From Raja brachyura (taxonomy: Eukaryota): a stretch of DNA of 64,000 nucleotides. The stretch lies in the NCBI GenBank assembly GCA_963514005.1, contig OY740786.1, positions 30,318,001-30,382,000 of the forward strand. Direction: 5' to 3'. A model generated the notes under the pieces. It made no database searches and was not told the DNA's origin. It saw only the letters and a program-made list of their open reading frames with translations. The position numbers and the translations under genes were made by a program. Below are positions 35,140 through 46,379 of this stretch, one piece after another; position 1 is the stretch's first letter, and each line of letters opens with the position of its first letter.

Positions 35140-35610
35140 GTTGAAGTTAAATGGCATTACTGCAAATGGTGGCTTGGGTGCTTTGGGCTGAAGTTCAAAG
35201 GCACTACTGCAAATGGTGGCTTGGGTGCTTTGGGCTGAAGTTAACAGATACTACTGCAAATGGTGGCTTGGGTGCTTTGGGCTGCAGTTAAAAGGCACTA
35301 CTGCAAATGGTGGCTTGGGTGCTTTGGGCGGAAGTTAAAAGGCACTACTGCAAAATGGTGGTTTGGATGCTTTGGGCTGAAGTTAAAAGGAACTACTGCA
35401 AATGGTGGCTTGGGTGCTTTGGGCTGAAGTTAAAAGACACAACTGCAAGTGGTGGCTTGGGTGGTTTGGCTTGAAGTTAAAAGGTACTACTGCAAATGCT
35501 GGCTTGGGTGGTTTGGCTTGAAATGAAAAGGCACTATTGAAAATGGTGGCTTGGGTGCTTTGGCTTGAAGTGAAAAGGCAACACTGCAAATGGTGGCTTG
35601 GGCGCTTTGC
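35140..35610. repeat. 47-bp minisatellite, ~10 copies
   Basis: Unit GGGCTGAAGTTAAAAGGCACTACTGCAAATGGTGGCTTGGGTGCTTT; CAAATGG at 35163, 35210, 35257, 35304. Confidence 0.95.
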
Positions 35611-35984
35611 CTAACTTCCTGTTTGCACTGTATATTAATTTTAGATAAACGCTACCACTTATGGCTGTGTTTTTTGGCCATCTTACTCAGTCCCCCTCCG
35701 CTCAGCAGGTGCAGAGGATTATTCCCATCAATGAAAAATAAAGGTGTTAATAGTGTTTAAAAAATGTTGAGAATCTCTCTCCTGTCAATCACGCCATGAA
35801 GGCCACAGCTTTTCCGGTGGGAGGGGGAGGGGTTATAAATCCCGGAAGTGTCGGTGTGGCTCAGTCTCTGCATGATGGGTGAGGGAAAAGCCACGACTCT
35901 GTCTGAATCAACTGAACACACTGAATGTCTACTAACTGTGAGTTTGGTGTTTTGTGTGGTTTTATGGTGGTTTTATGGTGGTTT

Positions 35985-36191
35985 CACCCTGCTTGAAATG
36001 CTATGAAACTGCATTTGAATGTGGTGGCCATGCACCCTGCATGAAATGGTATGAAGCTGCATTTGAATTTGGTGGCCTTGCACCCTGCTTGAAATGGTAT
36101 AAAACTGCACTTGAATTTAATGGCCTTACACCCTGCTTGAAGTGGTTGGAAAATAGATTTGAATTTGGTGGCCTTGCACCCTGCTTGAAAT
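35985..36191. repeat. 48-bp minisatellite, ~4.3 copies
   Basis: Unit CACCCTGCTTGAAATGGTATGAAACTGCATTTGAATTTGGTGGCCTTG starting at 35985, 36033, 36081, 36129, 36177. Confidence 0.95.
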
Positions 36192-36429
36192 TGAATCTCA
36201 AGGAATAGCCATGAGTCAATTTCCAGCCCACCTGCCGTGAGTGAGCTACCAGCACATCGGGCTTGTGGGACTGAGCTGACACCCCAAGAACCCATACCAG
36301 CGTTCCTGAAAGCTCCCTCACTAGCCACCAAATTGGAATTGGTGGAGAGGTGGAATATTGTGTCGGGGAACCAGCCCTCCCATGTGAACATGGGACCCAA
36401 CGGGTCCTACTTAGTCTATTAAAATAAAT

Positions 36430-37270
36430 TTGCCTTGGTGCTTTGCTCGCAAGGATAACAACAAGATATTCTGTAAACAATTAGAAATAAAACATTATAA
36501 TTAAAATATGTGAAGAATCAAATTAAATACCAGAGCAAAAGGAGGCTACAGACTTTTGGCTGTTGAGTACAGCTGCTGCTCGTTGAAAAAAGCTGATTTT
36601 ATGTCTGGCTGTGACGGCTTTGACAGTCCAGAGTTACCTCCCAGAGGGAAGTACTTCAGAATTAGTGGCCAAGATGAGAGGGGTCAGAGTTGATCTTACC
36701 CACTGGCTTCCTGGCTGTTGCAGTGTACAGTTCATCAATGGGGGGGAAAGTTGCAGCCAACAACCTTCTCGGCTGATTGAACAATGTGCTGCAGCCTCTG
36801 GATGTCATGCTTTGTGGCTGAGCCAAACCAGACCATGATGGAGAAGGTGAGGACAGACTCTATGGTGGCAGTATAAAACTGGACCATCATTGCCTGTAAA
36901 ATTCTCAGCTGCTGCAGGAAATACATTCATTGTTGGGCATTATTGACTGTGGCCTCCCATTTTAGTTCCCTGGAGATGATGGTTCCAAGGCATTTAAATG
37001 ACTCCACAGATGTGACTGGTGTTGTTGATGGTGAGTGGGGGCAGGGGAGGGGGAGCTCTCCTAATGCCTACAATCAATTCCACTGTCTTAAGAGCATTGA
37101 ACTCCAGGTTGTTACGATGGCATCAGGACAGCAGCTGTGTCCCTTCCTGTCTGTGGGCAAATTCCTCCCCATCCTGGATCAGTCTAATCAGGGTTGTAAA
37201 CTTGAAAAGCATGACTGCACCTATGGGGGTGCAGTCATTGGTGTAGAGAGAGTTAAGGAGAGGGGAGAGT
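36430..37270 (-). mobile_element. Rex1/Babar 3' portion (same family as 23475-25060)
   Basis: MVQFYTATIESVLTFSIMVWFGSATKHDIQRLQ. Confidence 0.9.
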
Positions 37271-39019
37271 TTAGAATAAATTGTTACATCAGAATGCATT
37301 TTATAGAATGTAATTAAGTGTGAAAGGGATGGAAAGTAAGTCTGATGAGTGAAACGAGAAGAGATGAAAGAATGCTCCAGTTCAATATAGATGCTTGGGC
37401 CACACGGTACAAGTGAGATGTTTAGAGCTGCTTATACTGAGTGATATGATGACTGGTGAGAATTTCTCTTCATAAATCCTACAATAAACTAATTAGCTAT
37501 GGTATATTCTCAAAAGTAAACCCAGTTTTCTACATCATGTCAACTCCAACCAATCAATTCCATTCAACCATCAGTCGGCTACAAGCATCCCGACTGAACA
37601 CTCGTGTTTATTTATCATATGCCCTGGATATGAACCAGAAGAATGAAATTCTTACTTGCTGCAGCTCAACTGGCACATTAGATGCAACAACAAAAAATGT
37701 ATAGTGAATTAGGAGTTATTCTAACTAAAGTAGGCCATGTTACTGTAAACACTGAAGTACATAGAGCAAACATGGTAGTGAGAAGTCCATAGTGGTTTAG
37801 TGCCGAGGTAGGATCCCAATCCATGAGGCATATACTGTTCAAATTTTGTTGCGCAGTTCCTAGTGCAGGAATAAAATATCCCCCCAATTACCTATATTTG
37901 AATGTTCAGCACAAAAAAACATAGCTAGTCAGCAGTAACAAATCACCTGGAGGCAACAGTACATTTCAGAAGACTAATTGTTTCTCACATAAAATGGGTT
38001 TAGATAATTGTTTTTTTTACACTTTTTTTTGCAATAATTTGCTGAATGAATAATTAAATGAAGCACAGCGTAAAAACATTCTATTTCCATCTGTAGTTTG
38101 TAGAAATCCAACTTGAATTTATGTCTAAATATTCACTTCATTGACACATGCCACGAGATGTTTTATGGCACTTCAGTGCTGTAGATTAGGAGGAAGTGTG
38201 GAACGATGCGAACATTCAGAGTCGCTCAGTGATCGGTATGCAGAGTTACGTTTTTTCAACTGCGGGAATGTTTTAATCAGGGTTTGTGTTGCTGTTTACT
38301 CAGCTTCAATCTCATTGCTAAGGTGCAGTTTATTTATAAAATTCTCAATGAGGATTTCTTTATTTTTAATCTTATGACAAATACAACAAAATGCACTCCA
38401 GTTACTCTTCTAGACAACTACAAATATATTTCCCAATCCTACAAGTTCCACCACCAAGACGGATACGGGGCAATGGGTGAGAGGGCAAAAGCAGCATCTC
38501 CGAGTTGAGCATAATATTAATTTAGAAACATATTCCTGTTCCTTCATCGTCACAGGGATTAAATCGTGAGCTTCCTGCCCAGAAAGACCAATGACTGAGG
38601 GGGGCAGTTCAGCACTATCTTCTCAATAGCAGTTAGGGATGAGTAATAAATATTGGCCTTGCCAACAATGTTCATGTACAAATAAATGGTTCATTTAAAT
38701 AAATAAAAGGTCCAAACATGTTACTTTGAAGAAGATCTTCATGAGTGACTTCCAGTCCTCAATGAATACATCTATGAGAAAAGAATATTTGGTCACTATT
38801 GCATTGCTGTTTGTCGGGGTTTACTTCCACATATTGGTTGGCATAATTTTGACTTTTGACTCTCTCTTGTCAGAATGATCCCAATGCAAAAAGGAATAGA
38901 TTTCTGTCCTTTTGACGTGTTGTTTCCAATGAAACATATGAAGCAGGACCTCATGGTTGATAACACTTTTTATGATGTAAAGGTGAACTGTCAATGAATA
39001 ATTCGATTGGTCCCCTGCA

Positions 39020-39305
39020 GATTGCATACTGGGCCAATAGATCAGTGGATGACATAGTCAACCTAGGCCTGCACTTCATCCTCTAGCAACTAGACTGCCA
39101 AGGGACATACGCAAGGTTTTGTTTGTAGATTTTACTCTGCATTCAACACCATTGTGCAAGAGCTACCACACTCCAAACTCTCCCAGTTGACTGTGCCTGA
39201 ACTCCTCTGTCAGTGGATCACCAACTTCCTGACAGACAGGAAGCAACATGTGAGGTTGGGAAAGCTCATCTCAGACCCGCAGACCTTCAGCAAAGAAGCA
39301 CCGCA
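39020..39305 (+). mobile_element. Rex1/Babar RT fragment (same family as 23815-24100)
   Basis: GGCCAATAGATC...AGTCAACCTAGGCCTGCACTTCATCCT...GACAGGAAGCAACATGTGAGG closely matches 23830-24060. Confidence 0.85.
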
Positions 39306-39754
39306 GCATTGTTATGTTTAACATGCCTGTAAACCTGCAGTAAGTAAGAATTTAATTGTTCCTGTCCCAGTGCATATGAGAAATAAACCCGTGATTCTTA
39401 GTTTCACATTCTCATAGGACTCTTGAAAAAGTTGTGAAATCCTTTGGATACAGCTCTCCCTCTGGATTCACCAGCATTCCTCACATGCTTGTACTTCTCT
39501 GGAATGAACACAGAGACCCAGTTCCTCTGACCCTTCACACACAGAGGTCAGCAATGAGATCTGCGTCACTGTACAGAAGTCCCACCCCAAGGACCCACTT
39601 CTCTGCCCACCAGTTGGGTAACCAAAGTGGTGGAGGTTGTGTGGAGCAGATGACTAGTTTTGCTGGCAATTAAATAACCCTGACTCTTAAGGACAAAATA
39701 TATATATTTAAATTATTATAAAGATATAATATTAGAAAAATATAAAGTTCATTG

Positions 39755-40322
39755 GAAACATAGAAACATAGAAAATAGTTGCTGGAGAAGGCCATTTGGC
39801 CCTTCGAGCCAGCACCGCCATTCATTGTGATCATGGCTGATCGTCCCCTATCAATAACCCGTGCCTGCCTTCTCCCCATATCCCTTGATTCCACTAGCCC
39901 CTAGAGCTCTATCTAACTCTCTCTTAAATCCATCCAGTGATTTGGCCTCCACTGCCCTCTATGGCAGTGAATTCCATAAATTCACAACTCTCTGGGTGAA
40001 AAAGTTTTTTTCTCACCTCAGTTCTAAATGACCTCCCCATTATTCTAAGAATGTGGCCCATAGTTCTGGACTCGCCCAACATTGGGAAATTTTTTCCTGC
40101 ATCTAGCTTGTCCAGTCCTTTTATAATTTTATATGTTTCTATAAGATTCCCCCTCATCCTTCTAAACCATAGTGAATACAAGCCTATTCTTTTCAATCTT
40201 TCCTCATATGACAGTCCCGCCATCCCAGGGATCAATCTCGTGAACCTACGCTGCAGTGACTCAAACACAAGGATGTCCTTCCTCAAATTAGGAGAACAAA
40301 TTTGAGGAAGGACATCCTTGTG
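39755..40322 (-). mobile_element. CR1 3' fragment with (TTTCTATG)n tail and a 5' fold-back
   Basis: SPNLRKDIL, QRRFTRLIPGMAGLSYEERL, RRMRGNLIETYKIIKGLD; GAAACATA repeats at 39755. Confidence 0.92.
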
Positions 40323-40417
40323 ATTAAAGACACATGACATCTCTTGTAAATCATTAAATTATTAAACGAGTAAAATATATAAACAAAGCTAAAATTCCAT
40401 AGCTAGAATTCCATAGT

Positions 40418-42625
40418 TTATTTATTTGTTTAATTCTTTATTTCAAACAAAATAAAAGAATAAAAAGCAAGTATGAAACAGCATACAAAAAACAAAACAA
40501 GAATATTTATAAATTGTCATAAACAATATCTATAAATAAATGAAATTGTATGTTTCCATAAAGAAGCAGGAAGAAGCCAAAGCTTATTAATTCCCACCCC
40601 TTATTCAACTGCTTATGATTACCTTATACAAATTTAGCAGCTGTTTGTATACCATATGTACACCAGCAGCTATATGTACACCAAATCATTTACACTTATA
40701 CATTAATCAAATATTTACAAAGCCATACAAAAAAAGAGAGAAAAAAAGAAAAAAGAAAAGAAAAAACCCTCATATACTATACAGTATCTCTTAGTCATAT
40801 ATACAAGCCATCACCCTATAATCACCCTTCCCAATACAATCAGTATAACAAGTATCCCACTCACAATCACATATCCTCATCCCAATATCCTTTTTAAAAA
40901 ATGTTTTTTGTACATCTTTTTAAATTGAATTATGTTTGTGCTAAGTTTTATCTCCTGTTCCAGATCATTCCACAAATTCACCCCACAGATTGCTACGCAC
41001 ATATTTTTAAGAGTTGTTCTGAGTTTTTTTAAATTATGTTCCCCTCTCAAATTATACCCACCCTGTCTTTCCATAAACAGTTTTTGTACATTTCATGGAA
41101 GTAAATTATTTCTTGTTTTGTACATGATTTGTACAGTCTTAAATTTAACCATATTGGTGAACTTCTGTGTATGTGACTTTAAGAATAATAAATTGGTATG
41201 TTCAAGATATCCAACATTATTGATAATTCTTATTGCTCTTTTTTGTTATGTGCATAACAGCTGTAGGTTGGTTTTGTAGGTGTTACCCCATATTTCCACA
41301 CAGTAACTCATATATGGCAATATGTGTGTATTATACAGAGTATGTAATGATTTGTGGTCCAGAATGTGTCTTGATTTTCCCAGTATTGCTATAGATGTTG
41401 CCAGTTTTGCTTTGACATGGTTTATATGTGGTTTCCAGCAGATTTTGTGGTCTCAGATCACACCAAGAAATGTATTTTCATATACTCTTTCTATAGTTAT
41501 GTTATCTATTTTCAATTATACTTGAGGGTTTGTTTTATGTTTTCCAAATAGCATAATCTTTGTTTTGCTTAAATTCAGAGGCAATTTGTTGACATCATAC
41601 CACTGTTTTAATGTATTAATTTCCGATGTCATGACCTCCAAAAGCTGCTTCAAATTGTCACCGGAACAAAAAATATTCATATCATCGGAAAATATAATCA
41701 ATTTCAGTATATTTGATACTCTGCATATGGCAATAACGTATATTATGAAAACCTTTGGCCCTAACACAGACCCTTGAGGTACTCCACAAGTTATGTTCAT
41801 GTTAGTTGATTTATGTTCACCTATTTCTACAAATTGTTGCCTGTTTCTTAAAAAGCTTCTCACCCAATACAATCCAACCCCTCTGATGCCCTACCTATCC
41901 AGTTTCATGAGTAAAATGTTGTGATTTACAGTATCAAATGCTTTTTTAAAGTCTATGAATATTCCCACCGCAAGTTTTTTATTATCTATGCAATTTGTGA
42001 TTTCTTTGATTAGTTCCATTAGTGCCATAGATGTTGATCTGTCTGTCCGGAATACATATTGACTGTCGACCAAAAGCTTATGTTTTTCAATGAAATTGTC
42101 AAGTCTTTCTGTAAAAAGTTTTTCAAGGATCTTGGAGAATTGGGAGAGTAAAAAAACAGGCCTGTAATTTGTGAAATAGTGCCTATCACCAGTTTTATAT
42201 AATGGTACTACTTTTGCTATTTTCATTTTGTTTGGAAATTTACCGGATTGAAAAGTTACAGATAAGTTACAGATATGAGTTAATGGTTCTGCAATTTCTT
42301 CAATAACGTTTTTAATGATAATCATATCGATATTCCAATCAGTAGAGGATTTGCTTTTACATTTTCTTACAATGTCTATGATTTATTTTCCTTTGACTGC
42401 TCTAAGGAAGATAGAGTTAGTATTTCTATCCCAAATATCAGTATCCGCCCCTTCTTTTGTGTCTGGGTCATTAATTTTTTCTGCCAAATCTGGTCCCACA
42501 TTTACAAAGAATTTGTTAAAACCATTAACCGCATCATTCATATTATTTATTATCTTGTCTTCCTCAATAAAATACTCAGGGTAGCCTGTATTTTTTAATC
42601 CATTTCTAATAATGCTATTTAGCAT
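40418..42625 (-). mobile_element. AT-rich L2/Crack-like LINE, 5'-truncated
   Basis: IAEPLTHICNLS, MKIAKVVPLYK, NYRPV, IFIDFKKAFDTVNH, CGVPQGSVLGP, FSDD; 3' end with AATAAA and a (AAAT)n tail. Confidence 0.88.
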
Positions 42626-43332
42626 GTTTAATGCTGGGGAATCAAAGCAAGACAGAACTCAGTTTTATTTCACTCAATTATTCCAGGACACACTATAGAT
42701 ATCCCTAGCTAACTTTCAGGGGAGGGGCTAGAAGTTAGCCCCAGAACTATTGATGAGATGTAGCATGATTTCCCCAGTACTAGATTTCATGGCGAGTCCC
42801 CTCAGCAACAGAAATTCTCTCAGTCTTCATTACTTTAAAGATATTGATTTGTTAACTCTTTCTCTTTTCCTGTGCAACCCTTCCTGTTAATTAAAAGTTC
42901 ATGGTTCTGCTATTATCCCTCCTGTCCAATCACAAAAACTTATAATTCAGAAGGAAGTCACTTAACCCATTGTGCCAAGGTAGAGATATATGGAGAGACT
43001 GAGATATATTTTGGTTCATCCCACTTTCAACGGCCATATTCTGAGAAATTATTATACAGATTGGAACTAAAGTTTCTTTAGTGTAGAATGGGGGTGGTCT
43101 CATCAAGATACTGAGGGATAGATCTGATGGGGAAGGCTAAAAGGAAGGGCCACAGTCTCTGGCAAAGGAGATGACCCCTTGAGGGAGAGTTGAGGCAGCA
43201 TTTATTAGTTTCCAAGGATAGTGAGTCTTTGGGGTTTCCTGACCCAAAGAGTTCTAGGTGCTGAGTCTTCTGTATATTCAAGGCTGAAATAGATTTTTTG
43301 AATGCTGAACGAATCAAGAGCTATGGGAATCA

Positions 43333-43441
43333 GAGTCTGAAGATCAGTGTGGTGAAGGGTCTCGACCTGAAACATCACTAAGTCCTTCTCTCCAGAGATG
43401 CTGCCTGTCCCGCTGAGGTACTCCAGCATTTTGTGTCTACG
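43333..43441 (+). mobile_element. Penelope-derived mini-insertion inside a decayed CR1 tail
   Basis: TSD TGGGAATCA at 43324-43332 and 43442-43450; contains GAAGGGTCTCGACCTGAAACATC. Confidence 0.75.
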
Positions 43442-43659
43442 TGGGAATCAAAGATAAAATGTTGCTGCCAGTGACCAGATCAGTACAATCAGATTGAGTC
43501 TTCTTGAGCGGTCATATGGCCTATTCATATTCCTCTTCCTTATCTTCTTTAGTTAGTTCAACCTCAACATCAATCAATAGACATGAACGTCTGGTCATGC
43601 ATCAAAATATTGGACAAGTATTCATCGTGGACACAGTCATGGACACAACCAAATCTCTA

Positions 43660-43945
43660 GACTTCAGACTTTAGAGCATGGAAACAGGTCCTTCGGCCCA
43701 ATGAGTCCACACTGACCAGTGATCACAATTTACACTAGCACTATCCTACACAGAGAAACAATTTACACTTTACAGAAGCCAATGAAGCAACTGTACTTTA
43801 ATGTATTGGAGGAAACCGGAGCATTTGGAGAAAACTCACATGGTCACTGGGCGAACGTATAAACTCCATACAGATGGCACCAGCAGTCAGGATCGAACAC
43901 GGGTCTCTGCTGCTCCAAGGCAGCAAATCTACCACTGTGCCATCC
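43660..43945 (-). mobile_element. tRNA-derived SINE (HE1-like)
   Basis: GAAACAGGTCCTTCGGCCCA tail, AAACTCCATACAGA core, GGATCGAAC B box. Confidence 0.85.
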
Positions 43946-45524
43946 ATCAAACAAACCAGTCTTCACCCTTTCGGCTCCATCTACACTTCAAGATACCTCA
44001 GAATAGTAGGCAACATACTCAAGAACCATTCACACCCCAGTCATCCTCTTTTCTCCCCTATTCATGTCTGGCAGAAGACTCAAAAGTTTGAAAGCACATA
44101 TCACCAGGTTCAAGAACAACTTATTTTCTACTGTTATTAGACTCTTGAGTGGATGTATTATATGCTAAGGAACTATCCCTGATCTTACAATCCACCTCGT
44201 TGCCATACTCGAGCTTTCCATTTCTGACATTCGCTGTAGCTGTAACAATATATTCTGCACTCTGTTTATTTTCTCCTTGCATTACCTGATATATTTGTGT
44301 ATGATACTATCTGCATGGATAATGCACAAAAGAAAGTTGTCACCGCATCTCGGCATATGTCACAATAATAAACCGATACCAATACAAACATTATATATTT
44401 ATATTAATTGCTGAGTAAATGATTTCTGTGTAATAATATCCTATTCGCCATGCTCCATAGGAGGGTGTAAGATGATCATTAAGCCCTCTAGGGCAGCACT
44501 AATTAATAATACAATCGTCAATCCTGGGATGGATCCTGAGCACAATTGTTCTGTAGCTTTCTGAGCCTCAACAAACACACACTTAGGATGGCAATCATTC
44601 ATCACACTTTCACCCCATACCTCGTGAGATTAGCACCAATCCAATCAGTGGCGAAAGCAGTGAAAGGAACCTAACATTGTGTCATCAGCTATCGCAAAGT
44701 ATTGAAACAGACTCACGCCATGACACTGAGGGAAGTGGCTGGTACCCTCTAACACTGGTTCTGCAATATGAGGGAACATTTACCATATCGTCCACATTAA
44801 AAGCCATTTATATTTTTTAATGTCATACCTCCCATTTCATCACTTAGAAAAGAAGGTCACCGTATCACCGTCTTAGCAGAGGGAAAATAAGTAGGGTGGC
44901 ACCTTAATCCAACCCGATGGAATTTCAGTGTATTGAATTAAGATTAGGCAAGATCTTTATTGGGCAGATGCTCCATTCAACCGTGTCAGCATCAGTGAAA
45001 ACAGGCCACCAGCCTAGTCTCATACCATCTGCTCTGCTAACGCAATACCATACACGAACAACTGTTAATCCATAAGTAGCTATATATCTATGTCTCCTTC
45101 GCCATGTTAAGAACTATCTGGGGAACATATCTTATTGCAGATGATGAGACTTATCTGTTTAAATTTGTGTCAATCTAAAAAATATATATAAAGACACAAA
45201 TAGCAAACATTTACAATGGACAGAAAAACTCTCCAGGCATTCACTGTGCCAAAGAGTTACTAGCTTTTAATTGACCTTCCTACAAACATAGCCAGGGGTT
45301 TTGGCCTGCATCTGGAATAGCAAATAACCTTTCACTGAACTCATCCAATGTTCACATTCAACACTTTACAGCCTTAATGAGTCTGTCACGCTGCTGGAGA
45401 AGACCAATACATTGGAATGGATTTCATTTCTCATGTTTGGAATTTTGTCCATATTTAACTCAGCTTGAAGAAGCATGGTATAAATGGGTCTTCAGTCGTA
45501 AAATCGTTTTCTTGTAGGCGTGGA

Positions 45525-45655
45525 AACAAGGAACTGCAGATGCTGGTTTGCAAAACAGGACACAGACTGCTGGAGTAACCCAGCGGGTCATGCAGCGTCT
45601 CTGGAGAACATGGATAGTTGATGCTTTGTATTGAAACCCTTCTTCAGACTGATTG
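45525..45655 (-). mobile_element. Penelope-derived terminal fragment
   Basis: AAGGAACTGCAGATGCTGG...ACCCTTCTTCAGACTGA. Confidence 0.75.
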
Positions 45656-46379
45656 TAGGGGCCATCATTGTAGATATGATTCGTGCATTCGATATTTCCA
45701 TTTTAAATGATTAAATGCTTGATTTATAATATTCTTTCTGAAGATAGTTGTACACTAATTATTTCAAGGGATGATATAAGTTATGTCAAGGGAATTGATA
45801 GAGAAAGTGGATTTGTGGTAAAGAGTCAGCAAAGCCATTGATGAATTATGGACAGACTTGGAGAACTGAATTGTTCCTACTTTTTTCATTCTTTGATGTT
45901 TACTAATATTTTGCGCGGCACCTTCCATGAAATCAGTCCACGTCTAATCACATAATAACTAATGAAATATCTTTTGAATTTGTCTCTGTTCAAATTCAAA
46001 AGACATCAGTCAATTAAATTAATGGATCAGATTGATAACCTATCTGGTTCACTAATATCCTTCAGGGAAGAAAATCTGGCCTCCCCAGCTGGTCCAGCTT
46101 ATGTGACTCCAGGCTAAATTAAAGTGCTTAAATGTCAGTTGTTCCCTGCAAGTTGCTTTTGATGTCCTTTGCTGCTGATTTTGTGAGTGAATAAAATTAA
46201 TTTGGGATGATCAAAAGCACAATGTAAACAAAATAGTAAATTAATTTCCATACTTCCTTAATATGTAGTATAAACATTTCCATACCATTATATTCATGCT
46301 GACTCATAGAGCAATCCCCATTTCTCAGTCATTTTCTCGGAAACATATTCTTCCCATATTCTCTCTAATTCTACTACCG

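Larger units (their letters stand above)
34630..36419 (+). mobile_element. Candidate non-autonomous Helitron-like element
   Basis: 3' GC hairpin GGACCC-AAC-GGGTCC (36393-36407) followed by TACTTAGTCTAT (CTRR-like, one mismatch) then T. TA-rich 5' end, no TIRs or TSD, internal duplicated module and minisatellites. Confidence 0.55.

Noticed and set aside
35954-36480. ORFs with 16-aa repeats
   Set aside because: A consequence of the 48-bp minisatellite unit being a multiple of three.
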